Part shown: piece after piece, positions 20,385 through 30,073 of the stretch | How positions within the stretch are numbered: position 1 is the stretch's first letter | Layout of the letters: each line of letters begins with the position of its first letter | Source of the DNA: an uncultured bacterium | GTDB taxonomy: Bacteria > Zixibacteria > MSB-5A5 > UBA10806 | Assembly (NCBI GenBank): GCA_965541585.1 | Contig: CBEUCH010000002.1 | Location: forward strand, 32,001-96,000 | DNA length: 64,000 nucleotides | Direction: 5' to 3' | Translations under genes and position numbers: made by a program | Notes under the pieces: model-generated | Databases searched by the model: none | Told to the model about the DNA's origin: nothing | Seen by the model: the letters and a program-made list of their open reading frames with translations, nothing else

Positions 20385-21545
20385 TTATTCCTTTCTTAAC
20401 GCTTTTTTTATCTCAAAAAAGACATCTTCGTAGCTTCTATCCGCATCTTTCATTGCCGTTATCATATCGTCGAATTCGGGGAGGATAATATCGCGGCCTT
20501 CCAATGTTGCTATTTTTACACCTATTTCTCCAACGGATGTCGATACGGTTACCTCCTTACGATGCAGTTTGATTCTCGATCTCGTCTCCACGCGTATCCC
20601 CAGCGTATTCCCCAGGGTGAATATAATTTTTGCCAGTTTGTTTAATTTATCCGGCTGGCACAATACTGTCAACAGATGTCCCGATCTGTTTTTCTTCATC
20701 AATACAGGTGTGATGAAGACATCGAGAGCCCCCGCCGAGAGCAATTCGTCCAACAGGGCGCCCGACATCTCCGGCGTTGACCGGTCGAGATTGGTCTCCA
20801 GGATCTTTATCGTATCATGATCGAATTCGAATTTGGTATCGGTTATCATCACCCTGAGCAGGTTTGGCAAGCCCGGTAGATCACGGGCCCCGGCGCCGTA
20901 ACCGGTGTATTCAAAGCTGGTTATTCCGGGATTTGTGAATTCTGCGAGAGTCGTCAGTATGGCAGCGCCGGTAGGGGTTGTCAGCTCCGCTTCAGTAGCG
21001 GTTATCCTGATCGGGAAATCTTTGACAAGCTCGGCCGTCGCAGGGGCCGGGACCGGCATAAGCCCATGATCTGTCTCTACGCTACCGGTGCCAAGAGGGA
21101 GCATCGATGAGTGAATCTTCTCTATCCCCAAAAGCTTCAATGCTGATACGGCACCTACAATATCTATGATAGCATCAACCGCCCCCACCTCATGGAAATG
21201 TACCTTTTCGATCGGTTGACCGTGAACTCTGGCCTCTGCCTTCGCCAGCCTGTCGAAGATGGCGATCGATTTCAGTTTGACATCATCATCCGCTTTTGAA
21301 GCAGTGACTAATTTGACTATATCATCGGGATTGCGAGGCGGCTGATCCTCGGTAACTTCAACGTTGAATTTGGTGGCAGAGATATGATTCTTGGTGACCT
21401 TCTCGAACGATAGTTTATAACCGGAAAGACCCAGCCTGTCGATCTCAGCCTTGAGATCATCAAACTGCAATCCGGCGTCAAGGAGCGCGCCGATAATCAT
21501 ATCCCCGGCGACGCCGGAGAAACAGTCGAAGTAGGCGATTTTCAT
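20385..21545 (-). CDS. larC: Nickel pincer cofactor biosynthesis protein LarC
   Basis: YFDCFSGVAGDM, VHFHEVGAVDAI.D, HG..PVPAPAT, ELTTPTGAA, MKKNR. Confidence 0.95.
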   Translation of the reverse strand: MKIAYFDCFSGVAGDMIIGALLDAGLQFDDLKAEIDRLGLSGYKLSFEKVTKNHISATKFNVEVTEDQPPRNPDDIVKLVTASKADDDVKLKSIAIFDRLAKAEARVHGQPIEKVHFHEVGAVDAIIDIVGAVSALKLLGIEKIHSSMLPLGTGSVETDHGLMPVPAPATAELVKDFPIRITATEAELTTPTGAAILTTLAEFTNPGITSFEYTGYGAGARDLPGLPNLLRVMITDTKFEFDHDTIKILETNLDRSTPEMSGALLDELLSAGALDVFITPVLMKKNRSGHLLTVLCQPDKLNKLAKIIFTLGNTLGIRVETRSRIKLHRKEVTVSTSVGEIGVKIATLEGRDIILPEFDDMITAMKDADRSYEDVFFEIKKALRKE

Positions 21546-21561
21546 CTTTTAGTAATCCTAT

Positions 21562-22551
21562 TCAATTTCTCATCTTGCTAAGTAATTTTAGGGCTTTTGG
21601 CGTAAGAACATAAAATTGTGCTTTACCGCCGAAAGCTATTGGACTTATTGTAACCTCCCGATCAATCAAATTCTTCTCTATAAGATCAGCTACCAATAAT
21701 TTATAATCGCCTCTCGTGATACTTATATTTTCGGTAAGATGTTTAAATAATTCCTCACTCTCTAACTTCTCATTTTCACTTTCAAGCAACACTTTAAGAA
21801 ACACAATTTGGTTAGTCGAGATTATTTCAGTTTTTTCGCCTTTATTTTTGTCCATTTTTGATATTCTATCAAGAAGTTTTATTCCTCTATCTAATATTTT
21901 GAAATAAATGTCTCCGGCATATTCATGACCACCTGCTATGGTCCCTTCTGCTATAAATTTATTTCTTATAAGATTTGCAATAGCCAAATTAAAAGTATAT
22001 GTCGAAATATTAAATTTTTTATTAAGGTAAGCAAGTAATGTAGGTCTATTAAGCTCTAGATATTTTCGGTTTGCAAGAATAAACAGGCAGTAAATTTCTT
22101 GTTCAGAAAGATCTATTTCGTCTTTATAATTATTGACGCTTATTGATTTCTTGTATCCCAATTCCCTAATAAGTTGCTCAATGGCGCGAATATAATTTCC
22201 TTCTGTAAAAGAGATATAGGTCTTATTTTTCATGGACGGTAGTTTTGCTTCATCAACCTTTATGAATATTTTGTTTTCATCGCTAAATAGACTATCTGCC
22301 CATCCCATTTCCATAGCTACATTAGGTTTAGTATGTACATTTCCGCTTTTATCTGTCGTGTCAGGGGTTACGACGAAGATGATTTTATCGCATTGCTCCA
22401 TATAATATTTTGCTTTATCTTCTGTGTTTTTCCCGGAGCTTTCTAGTTTTTCTACTATTATTGGCTCAAATCCTAACGACGTAATTAAATCTTCAAAATC
22501 ATCTATCCTAACCCACCCCGAACTAAATGAAATAAATACTTTTTCAGACAT
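21562..22551 (-). CDS. AT-rich TIR-like (Cap12/Pycsar-type) domain protein with two C-terminal winged-helix-like repeats
   Basis: KVFIS..., 'IFVVTPD', 'PNVAMEMGW', 'KLPS', then two similar ~80-aa segments ending 'RGIKLL' and 'KALKLL'. Confidence 0.75.
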   Translation of the reverse strand: MSEKVFISFSSGWVRIDDFEDLITSLGFEPIIVEKLESSGKNTEDKAKYYMEQCDKIIFVVTPDTTDKSGNVHTKPNVAMEMGWADSLFSDENKIFIKVDEAKLPSMKNKTYISFTEGNYIRAIEQLIRELGYKKSISVNNYKDEIDLSEQEIYCLFILANRKYLELNRPTLLAYLNKKFNISTYTFNLAIANLIRNKFIAEGTIAGGHEYAGDIYFKILDRGIKLLDRISKMDKNKGEKTEIISTNQIVFLKVLLESENEKLESEELFKHLTENISITRGDYKLLVADLIEKNLIDREVTISPIAFGGKAQFYVLTPKALKLLSKMRN

Positions 22552-22560
22552 TTGAGTTGC

Positions 22561-23325
22561 CTAATACCCTTTCACCATCTTCAGAGCTGCCATGGCGGCG
22601 CCGAAACCGTTGTCGATATTGACCACCGTTACCCCCGGGGCGCAGGAATTGAGCATGGCCAGAAGCGCCGCTATACCTCCGAACGAGGCCCCGTATCCCA
22701 CCGATGTGGGAACCGCAATCACCGGGGCAGTAACGAGACCGCCCACCACGGAGGGCAGCGCTCCTTCCATACCGGCCACCACTATAATCACTGTGGCGCT
22801 CCTGAGCTTATCCTGATAAGCCAGCAGTCGATGAATGCCGGCAACACCGACATCGTATATCCGCTCCACCTTGCCGCCGAAGGCTTCGATAGTCGCTCCC
22901 GCTTCCTCGGCCACACCGAGATCCGAGGTGCCGCCGGTTACCACTGCAATGACCCTGTTGCCGCTCTTCTTCTTCCGCCTGCGGGTTTTAACTATCATTC
23001 TGGCGGCCTCATTATACTTCACATTTTTATACTTGCGTTGCAATTTGTTACATAGCGCCTTGTCGGTGCGACTGATCAATATGTCTGAGCCTGCCTTGTG
23101 CATTCTTTCGAATATCTTTAGTATTTGCCGATCGGTTTTCCCGGGCGCGAATATAACCTCCGGCGCTCCCGTTCTGATGGTGCGGCTATGGTCGACCTTG
23201 GCGAATCCTATATCCTCAAAGGAAATAGATTGAAGTTTCCGGGTACCCTCTGCGACCGATAGGTTGCCGGAGGCGATTTTTTGAAGAACCGATCTTATTT
23301 TCTCAGAATCCACGGCAATCGCCAA
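22561..23325 (-). CDS. larB: Nickel pincer cofactor biosynthesis protein LarB
   Basis: GTSD..VAEEA, DVGVAGIHRL, AGMEGAL, AVPTSVGYG, VNIDNGFGAA. Confidence 0.96.
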   Translation of the reverse strand: MAIAVDSEKIRSVLQKIASGNLSVAEGTRKLQSISFEDIGFAKVDHSRTIRTGAPEVIFAPGKTDRQILKIFERMHKAGSDILISRTDKALCNKLQRKYKNVKYNEAARMIVKTRRRKKKSGNRVIAVVTGGTSDLGVAEEAGATIEAFGGKVERIYDVGVAGIHRLLAYQDKLRSATVIIVVAGMEGALPSVVGGLVTAPVIAVPTSVGYGASFGGIAALLAMLNSCAPGVTVVNIDNGFGAAMAALKMVKGY

Positions 23326-23327
23326 AA

Positions 23328-24341
23328 TCAGTCTATAATGCCGGCTTCAAAAACCTTGTCGCTTTTATCAAATTGTTTTTCTATCTCTTCGAGATATTTG
23401 TATAGCAGATCTTTTAGATCTGATGGCGATTCCATACGGACCAATCTCCCCCTGATTTTAGATGCCTCCGGCATTCCCTTGATGTACCGGCAGAATCGGG
23501 AACGCATTTTGTATAGTCCGGATGGCAGCCCGTAATGTTCTATGTTCATGTCGAGATGCTCCAGAGCCAATTCGATCCTCTGGCGATAAGTCGGTGGCCG
23601 CGGGATATCACCTGTCCTGAGATGTTCTTTGATATCCCGGAAAATCCAGGGGTTGCCAATAGAGGCCCTGCCGATCATGATGGCGTCGCATCCCGTCTGA
23701 TCAAACATCCTTCTGGCATCCCCGGGCGTTGATATGTCGCCGTTTCCGATCACCGGGATTCCCAGTGCTTGCTTCAGTTCGGAGATCTGCGACCAGTCGG
23801 CTTTTCCAGTGAATCCCTGAGTCCTCGAGCGGGGGTGAAGAGTGACAGCCGACGCTCCGCAGTTTTCAATAATTTGTCCGGCCTCCAGGTAAACGGGCTC
23901 CTCCTCTTTCCATCCTGACCGCATTTTCACAGTTACCGGGATGTTAATGCTATTGACAATGCTGGAGATAATCTTCTCCATCAAATTCAGATCTTTAAGG
24001 ATCGAACTGCCTCCGTTCTTGCCAACGATCTTGCGCGCCGGACATCCGAAATTTATATCTATGAAATCCGGCTGCAGTTCGCTCAGGATCTTTGCCGCCG
24101 ATGCCATGGAATCCGGATTTTTCCCGAAAAGCTGTAGGCCAAATGGTCGCTCGTAATCGTCGAATCTGGCCAAGTTAAGGGTTCCCCTGCCATTACGTAT
24201 AACTCCTTCGGCTGAAATAAGCTCCGAGACGGTGATATCAGCGCCGAATCTTCGGGCAATCTTCCTCGATGGGGAATCGCTGATTCCGGCCAAAGGAGCA
24301 TATATGACCGCCTTGGATTCTTTAAAGTTCAGCGGGTTCAT
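23328..24341 (-). CDS. dusB: tRNA-dihydrouridine synthase DusB
   Basis: APLAG, IDINFGCP, VTVKMR, H.R, NGDI, MIGR...GNPW; start placed at MNPLNF. Confidence 0.93.
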   Translation of the reverse strand: MNPLNFKESKAVIYAPLAGISDSPSRKIARRFGADITVSELISAEGVIRNGRGTLNLARFDDYERPFGLQLFGKNPDSMASAAKILSELQPDFIDINFGCPARKIVGKNGGSSILKDLNLMEKIISSIVNSINIPVTVKMRSGWKEEEPVYLEAGQIIENCGASAVTLHPRSRTQGFTGKADWSQISELKQALGIPVIGNGDISTPGDARRMFDQTGCDAIMIGRASIGNPWIFRDIKEHLRTGDIPRPPTYRQRIELALEHLDMNIEHYGLPSGLYKMRSRFCRYIKGMPEASKIRGRLVRMESPSDLKDLLYKYLEEIEKQFDKSDKVFEAGIID

Positions 24342-24476
24342 TCCGACAATATACAAGAAGTGAAAATTCTCGGCAAGGCAATTAATGGGCGCCATAGAGA
24401 CTGCCTTTACAACAAAAGGTTGACAAAACTCGGCCGTTAGCGCACATTGCTACGGTGCCCTTTGAGGAGGGGGTTT

Positions 24477-25169
24477 ATGCCTGAAATAATAGTTAAATAT
24501 GAAGAAAAGGTTATCGAGAAATTCATAACCGAGAAAAAGAGAGTCACCATCGGGCGGACTCCTGATAACGATGTGGTTCTCGATAACAGAGGAGTCTCTC
24601 GTCGTCATTCTCAGATAGAGTTCGGTGACGACCAGGCTGTTATAATGGACAACGAGAGCCTTAACGGCACTTTTGTCAACTCCCGCAGGATTTCCGAGGA
24701 AGTTTTGAAAGACAACGATATAATTACGATAGGAAAGTACTCACTTATCTACCATGCCGAGCCCGAGAAATCGGGATCGCCCTTCAACTCCGACGGAACC
24801 ATGGTGCTGCAGACTAAAAAGCAACGGGAGCTTCTCGCTAAGGATAAGAAGGATAGAGAGATGACTGTCCTGGCGGGCACCTCGGTCCTTCTGGGTGAGG
24901 CAGGGGCGGACTTCGATCAATTTCCACTGAATCGAAACGTCATTACAATTGGCAGATCCTCTTTAGCCAACGTCAAAGCCAAGGGCATTTTCCTCTCCGG
25001 AATTCAGGCCAAGATCGTACAAGAAGATAATGGATTCTGGGTTGTGAATCTCGGTAAGAAGGGCAAGACAAAAATTAATGGCGAGGAAGTCGACCGCTAT
25101 ATGCTGAGGAATGATGATATTCTTCAGGTCGGCAAGACAGTTTACCGATTCGTGGAAAGCAAACCTTAA
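24477..25169 (+). CDS. Tandem FHA-domain protein
   Basis: GAGGAGG RBS; FHA1 'IGR...VSRRH...SLNGT'; second FHA degenerate. Confidence 0.9.
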   Translation: MPEIIVKYEEKVIEKFITEKKRVTIGRTPDNDVVLDNRGVSRRHSQIEFGDDQAVIMDNESLNGTFVNSRRISEEVLKDNDIITIGKYSLIYHAEPEKSGSPFNSDGTMVLQTKKQRELLAKDKKDREMTVLAGTSVLLGEAGADFDQFPLNRNVITIGRSSLANVKAKGIFLSGIQAKIVQEDNGFWVVNLGKKGKTKINGEEVDRYMLRNDDILQVGKTVYRFVESKP

Positions 25170-25897
25170 TGAGATATGGCTTCTTCTCTGACGTGCACGC
25201 CAATCTGGAAGCCCTAAAAGCCTGCATCCTGGATTTCAGGGCCCAAAAGATAGACAAACTGTTTTTTCTGGGGGATGCCGTCGGTTATGGCCCTAATCCC
25301 GACGAATGCGTTAAGCTCATACACGGAGTATCCGATATCGAATTGATGGGTAACCATGATTACGCCGCCCTGGGGCTTATGAAAACCGAGTATTTTAATC
25401 AGTATGCAGCTCAGTCGATGGGTTGGACGAAAGATTCTCTGTCGAAAAAAGCTATTGAGATGATGTCCGATTTCGAACTAACGTATCAGATCGACGATAT
25501 ATACATGGTACATTCGTCGCCCAGGGATCCCGAGAACTGGTACTATATACTGGATATGGATGATGCCGAGGAGAGTTTTGATTTTTTCGAGCAAAGAATT
25601 TGCGTGGTAGGTCATACGCATCGGCCGTATATAGTCTGCAAATGTCCATCGGAGGGTGCCGTCCTTTCCGAGCAGACCGAGGAAATTCTGAAGGATGATT
25701 GCCGCTATCTGATAAATATCGGCTCGGTGGGGCAGCCGCGGGACGGCGATCCCCGGAGTTGTTATTTGATCTATGATACTGAAACTGCAACCGTGAAATT
25801 ACAACGGGTCCAGTATGATGTCCGGAACACCCAGGATGACATGTCAAAGCTGGGCCTGCCCGAGTACCTGATCGAGCGATTGACCGTCGGAAGATAG
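25169..25897 (+). CDS. Calcineurin-like metallophosphoesterase
   Basis: SDVHAN, GD.VGYG, GNHD, GHTH, GSVGQPRDGD; overlaps the FHA gene stop. Confidence 0.93.
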   Translation: MRYGFFSDVHANLEALKACILDFRAQKIDKLFFLGDAVGYGPNPDECVKLIHGVSDIELMGNHDYAALGLMKTEYFNQYAAQSMGWTKDSLSKKAIEMMSDFELTYQIDDIYMVHSSPRDPENWYYILDMDDAEESFDFFEQRICVVGHTHRPYIVCKCPSEGAVLSEQTEEILKDDCRYLINIGSVGQPRDGDPRSCYLIYDTETATVKLQRVQYDVRNTQDDMSKLGLPEYLIERLTVGR

Positions 25898-26216
25898 TTA
25901 TACCTGGAGAAACTTTGTCGTTAGTTTTGAGAATAGCCGTATTCCTATTTGCGCTTGCGGGCATGATAGCGATTTCCGGATTTATATGGCCAGCGTAGGA
26001 ATATTCCCGAAGAGTCCAGCACCATAAATTCCTCTTATTATCAGGCATATCGGACTTTTGTCGGCCGTCCGGGGAGCCCGTCCACAACCTTTTCCACCAG
26101 ATAAGAGTTTTCTAAACATTTTCAATATGATGCCGATTCCATAACAGTGACCGGCTGTCGTCACGAATACTCTATACAGGCGATTTGACGACGCAAAGTC
26201 AGGAGATATTTTAGAA

Positions 26217-28484
26217 ATGACCAAGAAATTTTCGGGTTTCATCCTATATGCTCTAATCACGGTTCTGGTTATCAGTGTATATCTAGACCGCACGAGCAGT
26301 CTCGAAAAGCTCGGCCAGTTTATTCAAGATACCATGTTTAGATTGCGGGGCGAGCAGACAGTTCCGGAGGATATAGTTATCGTGGGCATAGATGATGCCA
26401 GCCTGGAGTCGATAGGAGACTGGCCCTGGAATCGCGATAAGACAGCGGCGCTGATAAATGCCATCAGCTCTCAGGGACCCAGGACCGTCATGCTAAACCT
26501 GACATTCGATCCCAATAAGTATCAGAAAGCAGCCGGATATACGGATTCGCTTGCCAACGCCATAGCCAGGGCAGGCAATGTTATCTCCAGTTATCATTTC
26601 TCGCAGTCTGATCTTCCACATCAGGGCGAGACCCTGCCTATCGGTTTATCCAGGAGTGCATTCCATGCCATCGACAATCCCAGGAAATTTTCCAGGTTCC
26701 CCCCGACAGGCGCTTCGGCCATTCACTCGCCGGCACCCTCGATTGCAGATTCAGCGGCGTACACCGGATTTGTCAATATAATGCCCGACAATGACCGCAG
26801 CGTCCGATGGCAGCCCTTGATAGTGGGATATAGGGGAGAGTTTTTCCCTTCGGCGTCGGTGGTAGCAGCTTCGCATTTTCTCGGTGTGAGCCAAATCGGT
26901 GTCCATGTGGGTGAATCCATAGTTATTGGAAATCGGCTTATTCCAACAGACGAGGCAGGCCGGATGGACATCAACTTCAGCGGCCCGGAAGGAACGTTTA
27001 AATATTATTCTGCATCAGATATAGTGAATAGGATGACCGCTCCCAGGGAGCTCTCCGGAAAGCTGGTCATTATCGGTTACACGGCGTTTGCAGCAACGGA
27101 TGTTCACTCTACCCCTGTTGACCGGAGCCTTCCCGGCGTTGAAATACTGGCAAACGTTACCGAGAATATAGTCCATGGGAATCTATTGAGAGGCATTTCC
27201 AGCCAGTTTAAGATCAATCTGGGGATACTTATCGGCATCGGCCTTTTCTGTGCCTTTGTGTTGCCGCAGATATCCCTGATTAACCGAATAGCGGTTTTGC
27301 TTCTGTTCCTCATTGTACTTGTAAATATGAGCTATGTCCTGTTCTCGTCGTTTGATATCAGCACTAACAGCCTTTACCCGGCTCTTCAGATAGTCATTAT
27401 GTTAATCATGGCGCCGTTTGTGAAATCGCCTCACAGCTTATCGCCCGAGCAGAAGACCGACGACGAGGAAGAGATAGATTACGAGGCTCTACTCTCGTCG
27501 AGCGATACGATTGCGCTCGGCCAGACGCCTATTCCCGGATATCCTGAAACGGTGGCGGCACGTATACAGGCTACCGGAGGATCCACATTCCCGGGAACCG
27601 AATCGATAGGAGATGAGGGTACCCTTCCTTTAACCTCCCCGGGAACCGGGGGCGTAGCCGCGCCCGTCATGGATCATTTCGGTCGGTATAGGATTCTGAG
27701 CACTCTCGGGAAAGGGGCTATGGGGATGGTCTACAAAGGGCTCGATCCCGCAATCGATAGACCGGTCGCCCTGAAAACCATCAGGCTGGATCAGATCTTT
27801 GAGCCAGGGGAGGCAAAGGAACTGCGCGAGAGGCTGAACCGGGAGGCGAAGGCCGCCGGGAAGTTATCTCACCCCAATATCGTGACCATCTACGATGTCG
27901 GTGAGGAGAGTAATGTCCAGTATATCGCCATGGAGTTTTTACGTGGTGATACTCTGGAATTGCTTATCAGTAAGGGGCTGAACTGGGATTACAAGACATT
28001 GTCCAGAGCAATGATCCAGATTTGCGAAGCCCTCGACTACGCTCACGAAAATGGAATCGTGCATCGCGATATTAAACCTGCCAATATAATGATCCTCGAG
28101 GATAATAAAGTCAAGGTCATGGATTTCGGGATAGCACGGCTCGATAAATCGGCTTCCATGACCCAGACGGGCACGGCGTTGGGAACTCCAAACTACATAT
28201 CCCCGGAGCAGCTCAAGGGACAGCCTGTCGATAGAAGGTCTGATATATTCTCGCTCGGCGTGGTTTTCTACGAACTCTTAACGGCACAGAAACCATTCAA
28301 AGGAGAGACTATTTCGGCGTTGATATATTCCATATTGCATACCGAGCCGCCGCCCCCGTCGGAGGTCAATCTCGATGTACCCAGGATATTCGATAAAATT
28401 ACCGCCAAGGCGCTGGTAAAGGATCCTGATCTCAGATTCCAGAGAGCCAGAGACATGGCCGACATCCTGCGAAAACTGGTATAA
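26217..28484 (+). CDS. CHASE2-domain transmembrane Ser/Thr protein kinase
   Basis: CHASE2 motifs (IDD.SL, WPW.R, PGVE), three TMs, Hanks kinase motifs GKGAMG, VALK, HRDIKPAN, DFG, GTPNYISPE. Confidence 0.95.
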   Translation: MTKKFSGFILYALITVLVISVYLDRTSSLEKLGQFIQDTMFRLRGEQTVPEDIVIVGIDDASLESIGDWPWNRDKTAALINAISSQGPRTVMLNLTFDPNKYQKAAGYTDSLANAIARAGNVISSYHFSQSDLPHQGETLPIGLSRSAFHAIDNPRKFSRFPPTGASAIHSPAPSIADSAAYTGFVNIMPDNDRSVRWQPLIVGYRGEFFPSASVVAASHFLGVSQIGVHVGESIVIGNRLIPTDEAGRMDINFSGPEGTFKYYSASDIVNRMTAPRELSGKLVIIGYTAFAATDVHSTPVDRSLPGVEILANVTENIVHGNLLRGISSQFKINLGILIGIGLFCAFVLPQISLINRIAVLLLFLIVLVNMSYVLFSSFDISTNSLYPALQIVIMLIMAPFVKSPHSLSPEQKTDDEEEIDYEALLSSSDTIALGQTPIPGYPETVAARIQATGGSTFPGTESIGDEGTLPLTSPGTGGVAAPVMDHFGRYRILSTLGKGAMGMVYKGLDPAIDRPVALKTIRLDQIFEPGEAKELRERLNREAKAAGKLSHPNIVTIYDVGEESNVQYIAMEFLRGDTLELLISKGLNWDYKTLSRAMIQICEALDYAHENGIVHRDIKPANIMILEDNKVKVMDFGIARLDKSASMTQTGTALGTPNYISPEQLKGQPVDRRSDIFSLGVVFYELLTAQKPFKGETISALIYSILHTEPPPPSEVNLDVPRIFDKITAKALVKDPDLRFQRARDMADILRKLV

Positions 28485-28508
28485 TCCGCCTGAGAAATTT
28501 TAGGGGGG

Positions 28509-28538
28509 AAGCCCCGGGACTTCGGTCGCGGGGCTTTT
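28509..28538 (+). terminator. Rho-independent terminator
   Basis: AAGCCCCG-GGAC-TTCG-GTCG-CGGGGCTTTT. Confidence 0.75.
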
Positions 28539-28663
28539 CATTTAAAGGCAAATCTCAAGACCCGGCATTAACATATCCTGTTTGACCTGCATAGTTATTG
28601 TTTTAACTTGATTGGTCTTCCCTATGACTTATACTCAGTCGATGATCCGGGAAGGAGGACCGA

Positions 28664-29923
28664 ATGGAAAGAATTGATTTCCCGCTAACAGGTAACACGG
28701 TAATAATGGCGATTGTCATCTTGATCCATGTCTTTTTTGCCTTTATCGCCGTCGGCGGATCGACCCTGGCGGTATTCTCCGAGTGGCTTGGCAGAAAGAG
28801 AAAAGATGATGACTATCTTACGCTTGCCCGGCGCATAACCGAATTCTTAGCCGATATGATGAAGATAAACGGTGTGCTCGGCGTGACTATTGTCGTGCTT
28901 CTCATAGGACTATGGGGCGCTTTCACCAAATTTCTGTACTCGGTTCTTTTCTGGGCGTTCGCCGCCGAGGGGCTGTTCTTCCTGATCCTGATGATCTTCT
29001 CGATCTCCTACAACAACACCTGGGATAAGGTATCCCCGAGAGTACATCTGTTTTTTGGCATCGTCACGGCCTTCGCTGCCATCATGACCGCTTTTCTGAT
29101 AAATGCCATCTGGGCTTTTATGATGACCCCCGGTGATTGGTTAACCACCAGAAATCGCTGGGATGCTTTTTTCAACCCCATACTATGGGAATCGTTCCTT
29201 CATATGCTCCTGCCGTGCCTTATTAACGGGGCGCTGGTTGTATTCTTGTGGACATTCTGGAAATCTCGCCAGACGGGTCCGGAGATCGATTATTACAAAA
29301 AGGCAAACAAATTCACGGCCAGAATAGGGGCGACATTGATCCTCCTGCAGCCTCTCTCGGGATTGGGCTTTCTTTTGAAGGTGAAATCCGCCACTGTGAA
29401 CCTGCCGGCGCCGAATCCCTGGGGACAGATCTGGAGAGGGCCAGGGCAGCAGTTTCTTCATACCATGATGACACTGGGTGTGCTGGCGGTGATATTTGCC
29501 TTGCTTTACTGGTTGCTCGGTCATGATAAAGGAAGAAAATTCCTACTGGGAACGGCTATAGCGGCGTTCGTGGCTTTCTTCATGGGCGGGTATACGCGCG
29601 AAAAGGCCCGCAAGCCTTATCTGATCTGGGGTACCATGTATATGAACCAGAAATTAGTGGGAGACAAGGTTCCATCAGCGGCTGGGGGAGAGAGGGTCTC
29701 CGGCGAGCAGATCTTCGAGGATTGGGAGTGCCGCTCCTGCCACACGTTTCAGGGAAAGGGCGGCAGTGTCGGCCCTGAGCTTGTCGATCTTCGCGAAAGC
29801 TATGACTTAGATGAACTGAAAGAATTCCTCACGAATCCTCCCGAGGATATGCCCCCGTTTGAGGGATCCGAAGAGGAACTGGATACTCTCGGGGAATTTC
29901 TGCTGGAGGAATCGAGTGAATAG
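28664..29923 (+). CDS. Cytochrome bd subunit I-like membrane protein with C-terminal monoheme cytochrome c
   Basis: Multiple TMs with 'IHVFF', 'AFMMTPG', 'LHM', 'GGYTRE.ARKPY'; C-terminal CRSCH...MP. Confidence 0.8.
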   Translation: MERIDFPLTGNTVIMAIVILIHVFFAFIAVGGSTLAVFSEWLGRKRKDDDYLTLARRITEFLADMMKINGVLGVTIVVLLIGLWGAFTKFLYSVLFWAFAAEGLFFLILMIFSISYNNTWDKVSPRVHLFFGIVTAFAAIMTAFLINAIWAFMMTPGDWLTTRNRWDAFFNPILWESFLHMLLPCLINGALVVFLWTFWKSRQTGPEIDYYKKANKFTARIGATLILLQPLSGLGFLLKVKSATVNLPAPNPWGQIWRGPGQQFLHTMMTLGVLAVIFALLYWLLGHDKGRKFLLGTAIAAFVAFFMGGYTREKARKPYLIWGTMYMNQKLVGDKVPSAAGGERVSGEQIFEDWECRSCHTFQGKGGSVGPELVDLRESYDLDELKEFLTNPPEDMPPFEGSEEELDTLGEFLLEESSE

Positions 29924-30017
29924 AAAAAAATCATCCATTCAGAGTTACGTTCAGGTGAACCATTAATAGTGTAAGCATTTCTCAGGTAAAGTCTATGAGT
30001 TGCCCGGAACTTTTCAC

Positions 30018-30046
30018 TTGAACCTCGATATACATCCCCATATACT
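30018..30046 (+). promoter_or_regulatory. sigma70-type promoter of secA
   Basis: TTGAAC-N17-TATACT. Confidence 0.6.
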
Positions 30047-30073
30047 GCTTACGGCAAAAAGGGGAAAGATTTT

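Noticed and set aside
25452..26293. Minus-strand ORFs of 211 and 103 aa
   Set aside because: They overlap well-supported plus-strand genes and have non-protein-like composition.
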